Source of the DNA: Eledone cirrhosa
Lineage: Eukaryota
NCBI GenBank assembly: GCA_964016885.1
Contig: CAXHJY010001179.1
Coordinates: 1 to 57,195 of the forward strand
DNA: 57,195 bases
Direction of reading: 5' to 3'
The position numbers were made by a program, and so were the translations under genes. Below the pieces are notes generated by a model. It was not told the DNA's origin and searched no databases. It was given only the letters and a program-made list of their open reading frames with translations. Below are positions 1-15,265 of the stretch, one piece after another (positions within the stretch are counted from its first letter, which is position 1; every line of letters starts with the position of its first letter).

Positions 1-29
1 CCATCTGGTTCCCTACCACATTTCCTTCG

Positions 30-31
<2 letters not shown>
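1..31 (+). mobile_element. 3' tail fragment of family B palindromic element
   Basis: ccatctggttccctaccacatttccttcgtt matches the end of the copy at ~17303-17333; followed by (TA)n. Confidence 0.75.
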
Positions 32-67
<36 letters not shown>

Positions 68-121
68 TATATATGTATATAATATATATATATATATAAT
101 ATATATATATATTATATATAC

Positions 122-295
122 GTTATTCCGGGTTGAATCGGAGGTAACCACAGTAAGTAAGGTACTCAATACATTGCAGAGTATAAAAGTTGTAGAGACC
201 TATAAATACCATATTTATTTTTTGATACCCAGATTCCTGATGATTTCTAAAGAATGAAACAGTTCTAGTCCTGTAGTATCTCATCTATATTAAAA
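122..295. mobile_element. Family A HHR element (Penelope-like pLTR-type): inverted tail (-) joined to TATA+HHR (+)
   Basis: 122-190 is the reverse complement of the tail at 37720-37789; TATAAATA at 201-208; HHR at 231-281; flanked by (TA)n. Confidence 0.75.
231..281 (+). ncRNA. Type I hammerhead ribozyme (family A)
   Basis: agattc-CTGATGA-tttc taaa gaat-GAA-acag ttctagtc ctgt-A-gtatct; helix III acag/ctgt, GUA triplet, helix I with one mismatch. Confidence 0.7.
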
Positions 296-493
296 TATAT
301 TATATATATATATATATATATAAGTGCAAATAAATTGCGTCCGTAGGTGTTATGTCAAATGAGATTCTCAGACGCAATGTCTACGTGTTAAAACATATCG
401 GAGGAGCTTCCGATTCCAGAGTCTAGTTCGATCTGATCGAGATATGTAATATGTAATTAAGTATGTATATGATGCAACACTGATTCTTTGTTC

Positions 494-556
<63 letters not shown>

Positions 557-575
557 CATACATATATACATATAT

Positions 576-765
576 ATTATAAAAAATAAACCAAAGAAGC
601 CTTCAATACATCAAAAGTCTTTATTAGCCAACAATGTTTCGTCCTATTAAGGACTTAATAGGACGAACCATTGTTGGCTAATAAAGACTTTTGATGTATT
701 GAAGGCTTCTTTGGTTTATTTTTTATAATTCTTCGGCTCTGTTTAATTACATTGAGCTATATCTT
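576..765 (+). mobile_element. Family D palindromic element with 3' half of a hammerhead
   Basis: 154-bp palindrome 576-729 (one mismatch seen), apex gtcctattaag-ga-cttaataggac; arm reads ggac-GAA(A/C)-cattgtt-ggct-AATAAA; bulged hairpin 736-757. Confidence 0.7.
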
Positions 766-1189
766 ATACTGTCACTTCTATAATATGAAGAGGGTGTTTA
801 ACTGCAACACACTCTAGTATTTTAATTCTTATATACATATATATACATATATGTGTAAATATGATAATAATGATGGCTGCGCATTGCAAATGGTGGTGCA
901 TATGAAAAAGTAAGTCCTTCATCAGTGACCCTCCAACCGTCCCAGGCATTTCATCGCTTTAAGGGCCATATGCCTCCTCAGGTTGGTGCGAACAACGGCT
1001 AAAAAAAGTCGTTGGGACACGTAAAAAAAGGGGGACGCCAGGGTAACAAACAAAAAGGTTTAAGCAACGGAAAGTGAGAAGAAATAGACAAGTCCCAGAT
1101 CTCTATGAATATAAACTCGGTGAAATCGTGAACAAGAGACAAAAGACCATATACATATATATTTACACATACATACATATATATATATA

Positions 1190-1245
1190 TAAAATAAAGT
1201 ACCAGTAACGTACTTACTGGCCTTGTGCCTACACTAGAAATCATT
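1190..1245 (+). mobile_element. SINE family 1, 3' fragment
   Basis: aaaataaagtaccagt...tggccttgtgcc matches the tail of full copies. Confidence 0.7.
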
Positions 1246-1778
1246 ATTTTCACCAGAAATATATAACGATTGATTAGTATCAGAATTGAAATCATGATAC
1301 AGTAGATCATTTACCTTACTCACTCAGCTAATTTCTGTCTAACCGTATCACCACTCCGCCACCATTTAATGTGAAATAAAGGGAGGGAGAGGGTCGGGTA
1401 TGAATTCGTATGAATTCGAAATTTCGTATAGTTTATATTTTAGTAAGATCTATTCCAGGCCCAAAATGCACATGCACACACGCACACGCACACACACACG
1501 CACACGCACACGCACGCACGCGCACACGCGCACTATACACACATATATATATATATAGACACACATATACACACATATATATATATATAGACACACATAT
1601 ACCACATATATATATATAGACACACATATACACACATATATATATATATAGACACACATATATATATATAAATATATACACACATACACACACACACACA
1701 TGTACACATATTTGCACACACATATATATATATAATATACACACACATTTACATATATACGCACTCATATTTACACAC

Positions 1779-1836
<58 letters not shown>

Positions 1837-2340
1837 TTACAAACATACACACACAAGTATAGACTCACACATAAACGTGAGGATTTGTAAAGGAAAAGCG
1901 GAATAAACGTGTTATGTATTGAAAATGAATTATATAAAAACCAACAACCATTGAAAAATACTTGTTAACATGTATACATGTATAACATGTATACAGCTAA
2001 ATTATCCACAGGGAAATTGATAATAATTTTTGCCAACACCGCCATATTTTTCACTCATGCATTTACAATAAATACGTGCAAAGCGCTTCTATACGATAGA
2101 GAATTAAATATGATGGAAATATTACCGCAGAGACGAGGTTTATCATGTATAAATGAATAATGAAATAACGGTAGAATAAAAATAAATGCAACAGTTTTAC
2201 GTTGAATGTCTCCCAGAATAAACGTTTTTTTTTTTCTCCCATTTTATTCTGTCAGAAGAGAAACAGATCGAAAGGAAAAAGGAAAAGATTAATTTCATCC
2301 AATATGCATTTGTGTAGAATAAATAACCCGAAGAGAAGAT

Positions 2341-2372
<32 letters not shown>

Positions 2373-2706
2373 CGGATATATGTATGAATGTATATATGTA
2401 TAAATATATATGTGTATATGTATGTATATATATAGATGTATGAATGTATGTATAGTTTGTTTGTGTCACATAAAACAGGGTCAGCTGAAAAGTAAGAAGT
2501 GACAAGAGGAGTTATTTATAGCGACAATTCATTGTATTCTTCGGCTGTTGATTGTTGGGTTATATTGCTATTGTTTGGAAGCTAATTTGAATAGCAGCTA
2601 GCTAGCTTCTTTAGTGCATGGAAACATCAGAAATATACTGTATAGAGAAGAGAATCTTTCTCCTACGAGTAGTGTACTTTTGCAATATGGACGCCGTTGT
2701 TTAACC

Positions 2707-2841
2707 GACGGCAAATTGGCACAGGCGTTAGAACGCCGAACGGAAAGAACGCTTTGTGACGTTTTTTTTCTAGCTATCTCTCTGCGTTTTCAAATCCTGC
2801 CGAGCTTTAAAGTTACCTCTTTGTTCTTATGAGGTCGGCAA
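2707..2841 (+). mobile_element. SINE family 1, degenerate copy
   Basis: ggcaaattggca A-box-like start, ttcaaatcctgccgag B-box region, gaggtcg body remnant. Confidence 0.5.
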
Positions 2842-2859
2842 TCTATCTATCTGGGGGTC

Positions 2860-3190
2860 TGTAAAATTCCCGCGATCCATGTACGAGTTTTCTCCAGCGG
2901 TCTCTGTCCCTCATCATCGCTGCTATGTCCTGCGTCTCCAAGAGACCAGTGTCTGTTCTTTGACCATCAACATGTCAACCCCCCCCCCCCCTCTTCTAGT
3001 GTGGCCATGCAGGGGCTCACACAGGAGCACTGAGTGCAGTGTCAACTCTGAATGTCGGTGAACATGTCCAGCTAACCCCAGTCTCCTCTGTGCTACTTTC
3101 GAGCTGACTTTTGGGAGGCTCCCGTTCAGCTCTGAGTTTTTCATCCTCAGTGAATACTGGCAATAAATAAAGAAATCCTCCGTTCCTCGT
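2860..3190 (-). mobile_element. RTE-clade LINE 3' fragment
   Basis: Translation LPKVSSKVAQRRLGLAGHVHRHSELTLHSVLLCEPLHGHTRRG resembles the RTE C-terminal RRLxxxGH..R...P.G.R.RG motif. Confidence 0.7.
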
Positions 3191-3213
3191 ACAGCAGACA
3201 CTATATATGTATG

Positions 3214-3300
3214 TACGAGGGGCTTCAAAAAGTTCGTGGAACAAGTACATAGCTAAAAATCATATGGAAGGATTTTGTACTTTCTGTACTAACGTGTCAT
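3214..3300 (+). mobile_element. Tc1/mariner-like terminal inverted repeat remnant
   Basis: TA-CGAGGGGGCTTCAAAAAGTTC resembles mariner TIR starts; partner TIR not found. Confidence 0.45.
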
Positions 3301-3452
3301 ATGTTCTAACATGACCCTTAAATATGCATGTTGCAACGCAACCGCGCCAGTCGGAAGTTAGCTCCCGCTCGAGAAGCATGGCCTCCATCAATACATCAAA
3401 CTCTACTTCCGTATTGAGTACTTCTTTCTCTCATCCCTCAACTACATATGGT

Positions 3453-3483
<31 letters not shown>

Positions 3484-3542
3484 ATATATATATGTATGTG
3501 TGTGTATATATGTATGTGTGTATATATATATGTATATGTGTG

Positions 3543-3573
<31 letters not shown>

Positions 3574-3584
3574 GTATGTGTATT

Positions 3585-3621
<37 letters not shown>

Positions 3622-3781
3622 ATAGATAGTATTAGTAACTGGAAAGACGGACACAAGCATTGTTTCCTCGGTCCGATTTGACGAAAGTCGATCGATTTTG
3701 TATATATATATATATTAAAATAACAGATTAAAGTTTAAGCAAAGAATCGTTGCTTTCAAGCGCTTTTTTTCCCTGTATGAC

Positions 3782-3819
<38 letters not shown>

Positions 3820-4464
3820 GTGTCACATTTTATAACCTACGGTGTTAACTCTGGACTTAATGTTTGTTATTAACTTTCGATCCCTTGAATGCTTTGTGAT
3901 TGCCTCAAACAAATCAAATAGTTCTTACTGTACTGCAGTTAAAGTTCGATTTACAAAATATTATATATGTATGTATATATGTGTGTGTGTATATATATAT
4001 ATATATAATGTGTGTATATATTTGTGTGTGTGTGTATGTGCGTGTATTACATATTTCGTTGTCACTCTGTTCCACTTACATCTCCCCTGTGTGTTCATGT
4101 TTAATTATGTGTTATGTGCGCGTGTGGACAATGGGGCTGGCATGTTTTTCATTCCGGTCATTGACCTGACTAATATAAACATCCCTGATCATTCCTCACC
4201 ACCACTACCCGTCCATTTTCAACACCTAGATATCTAAATGCCTTTGCCTGCTTGTATATCGATCTTGACTGGATGCACGATATTAACATTATTTCCTCAT
4301 AACCTGTTGATATTTACAACTTTAAATCGATTTCTCCTCTCGGTTTAAACCATTATTCACTTAACTCTGAATTTTCTGTACCACACGAAACAGCATTACG
4401 AAGATACGTTTGAGAAATACCAAGCATCACATAGATCGTTAAGGATTTTACTCTGGAAAGAGGA

Positions 4465-4726
4465 AGAAGGATAGTCGATTCACAAGATCCCAGACCTCAT
4501 TCGCTTACCGAGTGAGGTGGAGCTTGTAAAATCGGACCAAGAAAACAATGTTTCCATTGGTCTTTCCATTGCTGATACTATCTACCGGTCGTGATTCCTA
4601 GAAGAATGAGCAACGTGAAATAAAGTGTCTTGCTCAAGGACATAATGCATCACCAAATCTGGAAATCGAACTGTCCACTTCACGATTATGAATCCAATAC
4701 TCCAAGTCACTGAGCCACACACCTTC
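4465..4726 (-). mobile_element. tRNA-derived SINE family 2, near full length
   Basis: Minus strand tggctcagtg (A box), gttcgatttcc (B box), tgtccttgagcaagacacttt central domain; colinear with 24961-25194. Confidence 0.8.
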
Positions 4727-4876
4727 ACTAATTTTTACTCTAATACTGTCATTGTTTTGCACATATCTTTACTTTAATAATAGACTGTAAACGTTTTAAT
4801 ATTTTCTGTTAAATCATCATGGAATATTAAGGATTAATTAACAAATTTGCAAATGCAACATAACTTTTACAAAATA

Positions 4877-5248
4877 TGACTAGAGTTTTCGGAGTCATAA
4901 TATTCGATAAAGTGCGTAGCTCGGAGATCAGAGAGTCACTCCAGGTAGAGCCGCTACTTCTCCAAATTGATAGATCACAGATCCAATACTATGGATGTGG
5001 TTAGAATGTCTCAGAAAAGAATTGCTGGATAGATTTTATGGGCCAAGCCAACAGGCATGAGACCCATGGGTAGACCCCGAGCAGACCCCGAGCAAGATGG
5101 TTGGATAACATCCATGAGTTTGGCTGTTCACGCTTGGGGATCCTACCAGATCCGTTGCAGAGGTTGCTTCTAACAGTACCCGCTGGAGGGAGTGTTTGAG
5201 GACTCTGCCCCCACGGCCCTCTCAGGAACAAGTGGACGAAGTAGAAAA
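4877..5248 (+). mobile_element. RTE-clade LINE 3' end (unexpanded form of 29317-30798)
   Basis: Encodes RVFGVIIFDKVRSSEIRESLQVEPLLLQIDRSQIQYYG, then frameshifted WAKPTG..RPRARW; colinear with 29317-30798. Confidence 0.8.
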
Positions 5249-5499
5249 ACTTTAATCCATACTTTAGTTTAGTTTAGTTTAATACTGCAATTCCTCAAAA
5301 ACAATTTATCCACTAGTAAAGGTATTATAAACATTTGGATGAAGAAAGCTTATTTTTTACAAATATTTTCTACTAAATCATCACAAAATGTAATAGTTTG
5401 TACTTTGCACATGCAGCATTACTTTTTAAAATTATGACGACATCTCGTTTAAAATCATAGTCTTTAATCTGGGATGCCATGTGCTGTTTCGCACAATTG

Positions 5500-5625
5500 C
5501 GACCGTTAGATTGTATCATCAATGGAAAAACAAGTAGAAACATTGTTTCTTTGGTCCGATTTAATGAAGTCCACGCCACTCAGCAAGCGAATGAAGGTTG
5601 AGATGTTGTCGATCAATTTCCTCCT
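5500..5625 (+). mobile_element. SINE family 2, 3' fragment (similar fragments at 3622-3698, 8645-8710, 25592-25707)
   Basis: gaaacattgtttctttggtccgattt...ccactcagcaagcgaatga shared with full copies. Confidence 0.65.
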
Positions 5626-5982
5626 CTATTGCAGCATATAATTCTGACGACTAAAGTATTCTAGAAGTAAATATTGCTTACTTTTAGATACATCGTATTT
5701 CTTTATATTGTGTTGTTTGTTTTCATTCCATTCTTGTTTGTTGGCCTCCTTTACTAAAGTCAGTTGATAGTCTCTAACTTATAACGCCTCTAACGTATGT
5801 CTCGCCAAAATCAATATCTCTATCGTAGTCTGGCAATCGATAAAGGAGCTCCATTGGCAGAATCGTTTGATCTGTCCGACAAAACTGCCATACGGTGCTT
5901 ATTCTAGCGAATTGGTAAATTCGTTCAACTGTTGTATTAAATATCTCTATATTTCATATTTGTTGTTATTGGCACATTATAG

Positions 5983-6145
5983 AGGCAGCGTGGCAGAATG
6001 GTTTTAGGAGTACGTTTCACATCATTAGGTTCTGAGTTCGATCCCAACGTGTGGTTTATTCACGAATTCTCATTTACCGAAGCCTCTGATTGACCCATGC
6101 CTTGTGAGGGTAACTGGGCAGATGGTGTTAAAGAGCCGGACGACG
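5983..6145 (+). mobile_element. tRNA-derived SINE family 3, degenerate
   Basis: tggcagaatgg A box, gagttcgatccc B box, distinct body with gccttgtgag. Confidence 0.55.
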
Positions 6146-6180
6146 TTTTTCTTCGTCCTTTCTGCGGAAACTTTTGGCAT

Positions 6181-6773
6181 TATATATATATATATATAAA
6201 AGTATATATATATATAAAAGTATATATATATATATAAAAGTGTATATATATATATAAAAGTATATATATATATAAAAGTATATATATATAAAAGTATATA
6301 TATATATATAAAAGTATATATATATATATATATATAAAGTATATATATATATATATATATATATAAAGTATATATATATATATAAAGTATATATATATAT
6401 ATATATATAAAAGTATATATATATATATATATATATATAAAAGTATATATATATATATATATACACATATACAGGACAAGAGCTGTACTAGAACTGTCCC
6501 ATAATCACATGTAATAGAATACAAGAGAAACGTCAAAGAAGAAAGCCATAGCTAGAGGTGTTAGAATGTTGACAGGCACGAATGTTCTATATTATATATG
6601 TTAAAAGTCCTGAAATAAACACATCAGAAATTACGGATATGAAATCTTAGCTAAGCCATTAGAATTAATGTCATTACTCCGGTTTAATTATCGCAAATAA
6701 TTGATTTACAAGCGTTAACAAATGCTGGAGACTTTAATTAAAATTTCGACAGCCACACACAGCCACACACAGC

Positions 6774-6804
<31 letters not shown>

Positions 6805-6989
6805 GCGCACGCGCACAACGCGCACACGCGCACGCACGCACGCACGCACACGCACACGTTTTTATATATATATATATATATTTTTTATATATATATATAT
6901 ATTTTTTATATATATATATATATTTTTTATATATATATATATATATATATTTTTTATATATATATATATATATTTTTTATATATATATA

Positions 6990-7023
<34 letters not shown>

Positions 7024-7058
7024 TTTATATATATATATATTATATATATATATATTAT

Positions 7059-7089
<31 letters not shown>

Positions 7090-7205
7090 TTTATATATAT
7101 ATATATATTATATATATATATAATATATATATATACACTCACACATATATATATGCATACACACGCACATATATATATACACTCACATATATATGCATAC
7201 ACACG

Positions 7206-7246
<41 letters not shown>

Positions 7247-7529
7247 TCACACATATATATATGCATAGACACGCACATATATATAGATATATATATATGA
7301 ATATGTATGTACATATATATATATATATATATATGTATGAACGTACATGTATATATATATGTGAACGTACATGTATGTGTATATATATATGTACATACAT
7401 GTATGTGTGTGTATATATAGGTATGTGTATATGTACGTATGTGTATATATATGTATGTGATTGTGTGCATGTATGTATATATGTGTGTGTGTGTGTGTGT
7501 ATATATATGTGTGTATATATATATATATA

Positions 7530-7562
<33 letters not shown>

Positions 7563-7605
7563 GTGTGTATGTGTATATACAGACACACACACACACACAC
7601 ATATA
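6181..7605. repeat. Compound microsatellites: (TA)nAAAG, (CA)n/(CGCA)n, TTTT(TA)n, TA/TG mixes
   Basis: Direct inspection; unique island at ~6475-6750. Confidence 0.9.
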
Positions 7606-7870
7606 TTAATTCCTCCAATCTTTGTCTGTTGCAATTATAACAAACGTTGAATTATATTTCAATGGTGATCCAACGTAATGAAGATCGTTATGTTAAGACA
7701 TCAACAGATAAAAACGATAGCAAATCAATAAACTTTGCTTTATTACTGCATGTAAATAATAAATTCACATCAATTTATTCTTAAATCCTATTAGATTTCT
7801 ATCTATTTGCCTCTCACCCCTTCTCTACCTCTCTCTCACCTCGCGTCTTTATTAATGTATTCATGTGGAT

Positions 7871-7904
<34 letters not shown>

Positions 7905-7916
<12 letters not shown>

Positions 7917-8386
7917 GTGAATGCCTATATATATATATGTATATATTTATATATATATAATATAAATGTGAATGCTTATATATATATATAATTGTTTCTA
8001 CTTTAGGCACAAGGCCAGCAACTACCCAGTACATTACTGGTACTTTATTTTATCGACCCCGTAAGGATGAAAGGCAAGCTTATATATATATATAATATAA
8101 ATGTGAATGCTTGTATATATATATAATATAAATGTGAATGCTTGTATATATATATAATATAAATGTGAATGCTTGTATATATATATATAATATAAATGTG
8201 AATGCTTGTATATATATATAATATAAATGGGAATGCTTGTATATATATATAATATAAATGGGAATGCTTATATATATATATATATGTATATATGTATAAT
8301 ATAAATGTGAATGGTTATATATATGTATATATATATATATATATAATATAAATGTGAATGGTTATATATATATATATAATAAATGT

Positions 8387-8390
<4 letters not shown>
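7905..8390. repeat. ~33-bp minisatellite aatataaatgtgaatgcttg(ta)n interrupted by a SINE1 3' fragment (7990-8078, -)
   Basis: More than 10 copies of aatataaatgtgaatg visible. Confidence 0.85.
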
Positions 8391-8433
<43 letters not shown>

Positions 8434-8816
8434 GCGCTCACTTTCTCACAGTGACCGATTCCAATTTCTTTTACATTGTTTTAATTGCCTTCGCCCTATT
8501 TTATAAATTATCCTTATGGTATCTCTGCGCACATCACGCTTTACACACGTGTATGTGTGTAGGTATACACATATATCAATATGTATCTAAACTGGCTATG
8601 CATTCCGTGTTCAGATCCCACCGCTTTCTGCTGTTTCTATCGTCAAATAGCACAAGCAATGGAAAGACCAATAAAAGCATCGTTCCTTTTATGCGATCTG
8701 ACGATCGGCACGTGTATATATATATATATACACATACTCACCCTCTCCTGCACGCACGCACGCACACACGCACGCACACACACATATATATCTATATGCA
8801 TACATAGATGGAAACT

Positions 8817-8849
<33 letters not shown>

Positions 8850-8868
8850 GTGTGTATGCATATAGATA

Positions 8869-8920
<52 letters not shown>

Positions 8921-9106
8921 CACGTGTGTATGCATATAGATATGTATATGTGTATATACACATATATTCATGCAGGGATATATATATATATATATATATC
9001 CATTAAAAAAATATGCACATGTGTATGTATGCATATATGTTTTAATGAGTACATATGTGTATACACACATTCTATATATAGATAATACATACATATATTC
9101 ATGCAC

Positions 9107-9178
<72 letters not shown>

Positions 9179-10042
9179 GCACACACTTCTTTTGTAAAAG
9201 TTTGGCGCTGTGCCCCACCGAAAGAAATGACTTATTTGAGTTATAGAAACGCCACAATACCAAAGTGAGAAATGACTTAAAGGACACTTAGACGAGATAT
9301 AAAGGAAAATGAGATATATTTTTTGTTTACGCTGCTGCCATATAATAGAGTTATCTTATATTTGGTTTGCTTCTTTTGTTAGTCTTATGATAAACTTTAA
9401 GCATAATGGCAGCCATTATTTTCTTCGTTTTTTTTTCATATATTGTTTCATTCTGAATAGAGATTCATTTAAACTCTCGTACGACGACAGCATAGATACG
9501 AGATGTAGAAAAATCTGTGCAGCAATTCTCCTTTTATTTTCGAAGAAAACGACGTGAAACACATGTTTGAGATCAATAACGGTTACGATAGATGTTGATT
9601 TTATGAGATATCTCAGTCTTTTATCATTTGAGATTGGTGAAGAAATTTGTGAGATTTTTATAACCGTGATTTGGCAGTTATTACATATAGAATACGGTGT
9701 ATTTCTAATCGAAATCTTTTTTTGGCAAATACACAGCGCTGTGGCGGCCGCGTTCGATTCTCTCATTTTTCTGCCTCTCTATGTCTGTAGCCATCTAAGA
9801 GGCTGGAGATTTGCCAATTCTTTGCGAGGAAGGATTCCTACAAGGTTAAATATTGGTTGCAATTACTACAAAGCATGGATATATATATATGTATCTCCCC
9901 CCCCCCCCCAAAAAAAAACCTCTCTCGCTTTCTTTCTTTTTCTTACTTTCTTTCTTTCCTTTTCTCACTTGATTTCTCTCTTTCTCTACTAAAATCCAGT
10001 TTCTATCCACAAGCAGAACAAGTGCACACACACATATATATG

Positions 10043-10077
<35 letters not shown>

Positions 10078-10094
10078 ATGTATATATATATATT

Positions 10095-10159
<65 letters not shown>

Positions 10160-10269
10160 TTATATATATATATATGTATAGATATAGATGTTTATATAGA
10201 TGTATATACATATAGATGTTTATGTATATATATAGATGTGTATGTAGAGATGTATACACACACACACAC

Positions 10270-10307
<38 letters not shown>

Positions 10308-10463
10308 CGAGAGAGAATGAGATATATATATATACACACACACGTAGAAAGAAATTATACTTTCCTCAAAAGAGTCATTCTTGTTATGGCAACAGTACAG
10401 ATGACTGACTGTCATCAAGTCAGGATTCTTCGTAATATTTCAGTGTATGGTGGTTTGTTAATG

Positions 10464-10503
<40 letters not shown>

Positions 10504-10659
10504 TATACCAACATAAACACACACACACACACATTGATACATACATAGATATGTGTGTATGTGTATAAATATATGTTTATATACATATATATAAACATAT
10601 GTGTATATATGTATACATATATATATACATATATATGTATATATATGTGTATATATATA

Positions 10660-10711
<52 letters not shown>

Positions 10712-10927
10712 TATGTATACATATATATGTGTGTGTATATATACATGTATATATATATATATATATTGTGGTCAGGTCCACGACTTCGATAGATGCATTT
10801 GAGCGAAACGTACGTCACAGTTCGATTTTCAATGAAAATATGGAAACGAAACTATTTGCTTAATATATCTCTTTATTTTGTATTCTCCATCCATGTCTTT
10901 TTCTTATCTGTATTAATATACACACAG

Positions 10928-10966
<39 letters not shown>

Positions 10967-11053
10967 ATTGTTTCTACTTCTGGCACAAGGCCAGCAAATA
11001 CCCAGTGCATTACTGGTACTTTATTTTATCGACCCGTAGGGATGAAAGGCAAA
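10967..11053 (-). mobile_element. SINE family 1, 3' fragment
   Basis: aattgtttctac..ggcacaaggccagca..actggtactttattttatcgacccg. Confidence 0.85.
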
Positions 11054-11069
11054 CTTAATATAAAATGTT

Positions 11070-11490
11070 TATATAATATATATATATGTGTATATAATAT
11101 ATATGTGTGTGTGTATATATAATATATATATGTATATGTATATATATATTTATATATTATATATATATATTTATATATTATATATATCTATATATTATAT
11201 ATTTATATATTATATATATATATAAATATATTATATATATATATTATGCATATATATATAAATATATTATATATATATATATATATTATATATATATATA
11301 TATAAATATATTATATATATTTTTATATATTATATATATATATTATATATATATATATATTATATATATTTATGTATATATATATATTATATATATATGT
11401 ATATATATTATATATATATATTATAATATTATATATATATATTATATATATATATGTATATATATTATATATATATATATTATATATGTA

Positions 11491-11529
<39 letters not shown>

Positions 11530-12516
11530 GTATATATTATATATATATATTATATATATATTATATATATTATATATATATTATATATATATTATATATA
11601 TATTATATATATATATTATATATATATATTATATATATATATTATATATATATATTATATATATATATTATATTATATATATATATTATATATTATATAT
11701 ATATATATTATATATATATATATATTATATATATATATTATATATATATATTATATATATATATATATTATATATATATATTATATATATATATATATTA
11801 TATATATATATTATATATATATATATTATATATATATTATATATATATATATTATATATATATTATATATATATTATATTATATATATATTATATATATT
11901 ATATATTATATTATATATATATTATATATATTATATATTATATATATTATATATATTATATATATATTATATATATTATATATTATATATATTATATATT
12001 ATATATTATATATTATATATATTATATATATATTATATATATTATATATTATATATATTATATATATATTACATACATATATATTATATATATATATATA
12101 TTGCATATATATATATTATATATATATATATATTACATATATATATATTATATATATTATATATATATTACATATATATATATTATATATATTATATATA
12201 TATTACATACATATATATTATATATATATATATATTGCATATATATATTATATATATATATATATATATTACATATATATATATATTATATATATATATA
12301 TATTGCATATATATATATTATATATATATATATATTGCATATATATATATTATATATATATATATATTACATATATATATATTATATATATTATATATAT
12401 ATTACATATATATATATTATATATATTATATATATATTACATACATATATATTATATATATATATATATTGCATATATATATATTATATATATATATATA
12501 TTACATATATATATAT

Positions 12517-12574
<58 letters not shown>

Positions 12575-12682
12575 TAATATATATATATGTAATATATATA
12601 TATATATAATATATATATATGTAATATATATATATATATAATATATATATATGCAATATATATATATAATATATATGTATGT

Positions 12683-12715
<33 letters not shown>

Positions 12716-13194
12716 ATATATATATATATATATAATATATATATATAATATATATATAATATATATAATATATATATAATATAATATATATATAATATAT
12801 ATATATGTAATATATATATATATGTAATATATATATATATATAATATATATATATGCAATATATATATATATATATAATATATATGTATGTAATATATAT
12901 AATATATAATATATATATATATATATATAATATATATATAATATATATATATATAATATATATATAATATATATAATATATATATAATATAATATATATA
13001 TAATATATATAATATATATATATTATATATATATATAATATAATATATATATAATATATATAATATATATATATTACATATATATATATTATATATATAT
13101 ATAATATATATATATACAACATATATATATTATATATATATTATATATATATATACAACATATATATATATATATATTATATATATATATATAT

Positions 13195-13226
<32 letters not shown>

Positions 13227-13800
13227 ATTACATATATATATTACATATATATTATATACATATATTATATATATATATATATTATATATATATTATATAT
13301 ATATATATATTATATATATATTATATATATATATTACATATATATATTACATATATATTATATACATATATTATATATATATATATATTATATATATATA
13401 TATATTATATATATATTATATATATATATTACATATATATATTACATATATATTATATATATATATATATTATATATTATATATATATATTATATATATA
13501 TATTATATTACATATATTTATTACATATATATATATTACATATATATATATTATATATATATATATATTACATATATATATATATTATATATATATATTA
13601 CATATATATATTACATATATATATATATATTATATATATATAAAAATATAATATATATATATATATTATATATATATATTATATATATTATAGATATATA
13701 TATTATAGATATTATAGATATATATATATTATAGATATATATATTATAGATAGATATATTAAATATATTATAGATATATTATATATAATAAGTATATATA
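11070..13800. repeat. 2.7-kb interrupted (TA)n satellite
   Basis: TATTA/TTAC/TTGC-interrupted TA runs; about 11531-12071 appears to have no G or C. Confidence 0.95.
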
Positions 13801-14133
13801 TTAAATTGATTGCTTCTCCTGATATGAGCATTCAACAATATTTCACATTAGACGCTATCAGATAGAGATTGTGGCACCGAACTATATTTTCAATGGGTAG
13901 CTCGACAATGGCATCTAGCTGTGTACACCTAATTTCTACAAGGATACTTCAACGAAGCTGAATGCTAACCAATTGCTTGTTATGTTCCTGTAGCTAAAAA
14001 TACCAATTCTCTCTATATTGAACTCTATAGAAATTCGAAGAAGACAGGAGAGAATTCCTTTCTCTCCAGAAATCTGCAACAAATTTACACCTACTCTAAT
14101 GTTCTCATTGAAAATGCTACGCGTTTTTTTTTA

Positions 14134-14221
<88 letters not shown>

Positions 14222-14569
14222 TATGTGTGTGTGTCTCTGTGTGTGTGTGTGTGTATATATACAGAGAGAGAGGGAGATAGATATGTGTGTGTCTGTGTGT
14301 TTATATATATATATATATAAAACAAAAATGATATTTATGTACATACATATATAAGTATATATGTCTGTGTATGTTCATATGTATTTATATGTATATATAA
14401 AACAAAAATTATATATTTATGTATCTACATATATAAGTATGTATATATCTCTCTCTCTCTCTATAATATTTGTCTTATATCTTATATTTTTCATCTCCAA
14501 TACACAATTAAGCTTTATGCGCCCATTTTGTTGAATACTTTTACTCCAGCTACCTCATCCCACTATACT

Positions 14570-15265
14570 TCTAAGTCACCATCATCATCACTAAACACAT
14601 TACCACCGACATCATCACCAGATACACCTCCCTCACCGCCACCACCATCTTCAGATACACCTCCCCCACCACCATCATCTTCAGTTACACCATTATTATC
14701 ATCAGATTCACCACCACCACCACCACTGCAAGCATCATCACCATCAACGCCACTATCATCATTAACATCAACATCATCATCGTCATCATCATCATCATCA
14801 TATGTATCATCACAAACACTGCCGCCGCTGAGCTATCCATCTACTACTACTACCACCACCACAACTACCACCACTGCCACCACCACGACTACCATCACTG
14901 CCACCACTGCCACCACCATTGCCACCTCCACCACTGCCACCACCATTGCCACCTCCACCACTGCCACCACCATTGCCACCACCACCACCACAACTACCAT
15001 CACTCCCAACACCACCACAACTACCATCACTGCCACCACCACCACAACTACCATCACTCCCAACACCACCACAACTACCATCACTGCCACCACCACCACA
15101 ACTACCATCACTCCCACCACCACCACCGCAACTACCATCACTGCTACCACCACCACAACTACCATCACTGCCACCACCACCACAACTACCACCACAACTA
15201 CCATCACTGCCACCACCACACTTACCATCACTGCAACCACCACACTTACCATCACTGCCACCACT
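14570..15265. repeat. (ACC)/(ATC) trinucleotide-based low-complexity tract with ~27-bp subrepeat
   Basis: accaccacaactaccatcactgcc repeated. Confidence 0.85.

Noticed and set aside
905-932. CTGATGA on - strand as a hammerhead
   Set aside because: No helix II partner or GAAA follows; at most a truncated remnant
9416-9992. Non-repetitive ORFs of 116 aa (-) and 141 aa (+)
   Set aside because: No recognisable domain or coherent splice structure; lengths compatible with chance
11107-12641. Long ORFs of 395-500 aa (also 39639-41693, 684 aa)
   Set aside because: Translations of (TA)n satellites (YI runs), where stop codons are rare by composition
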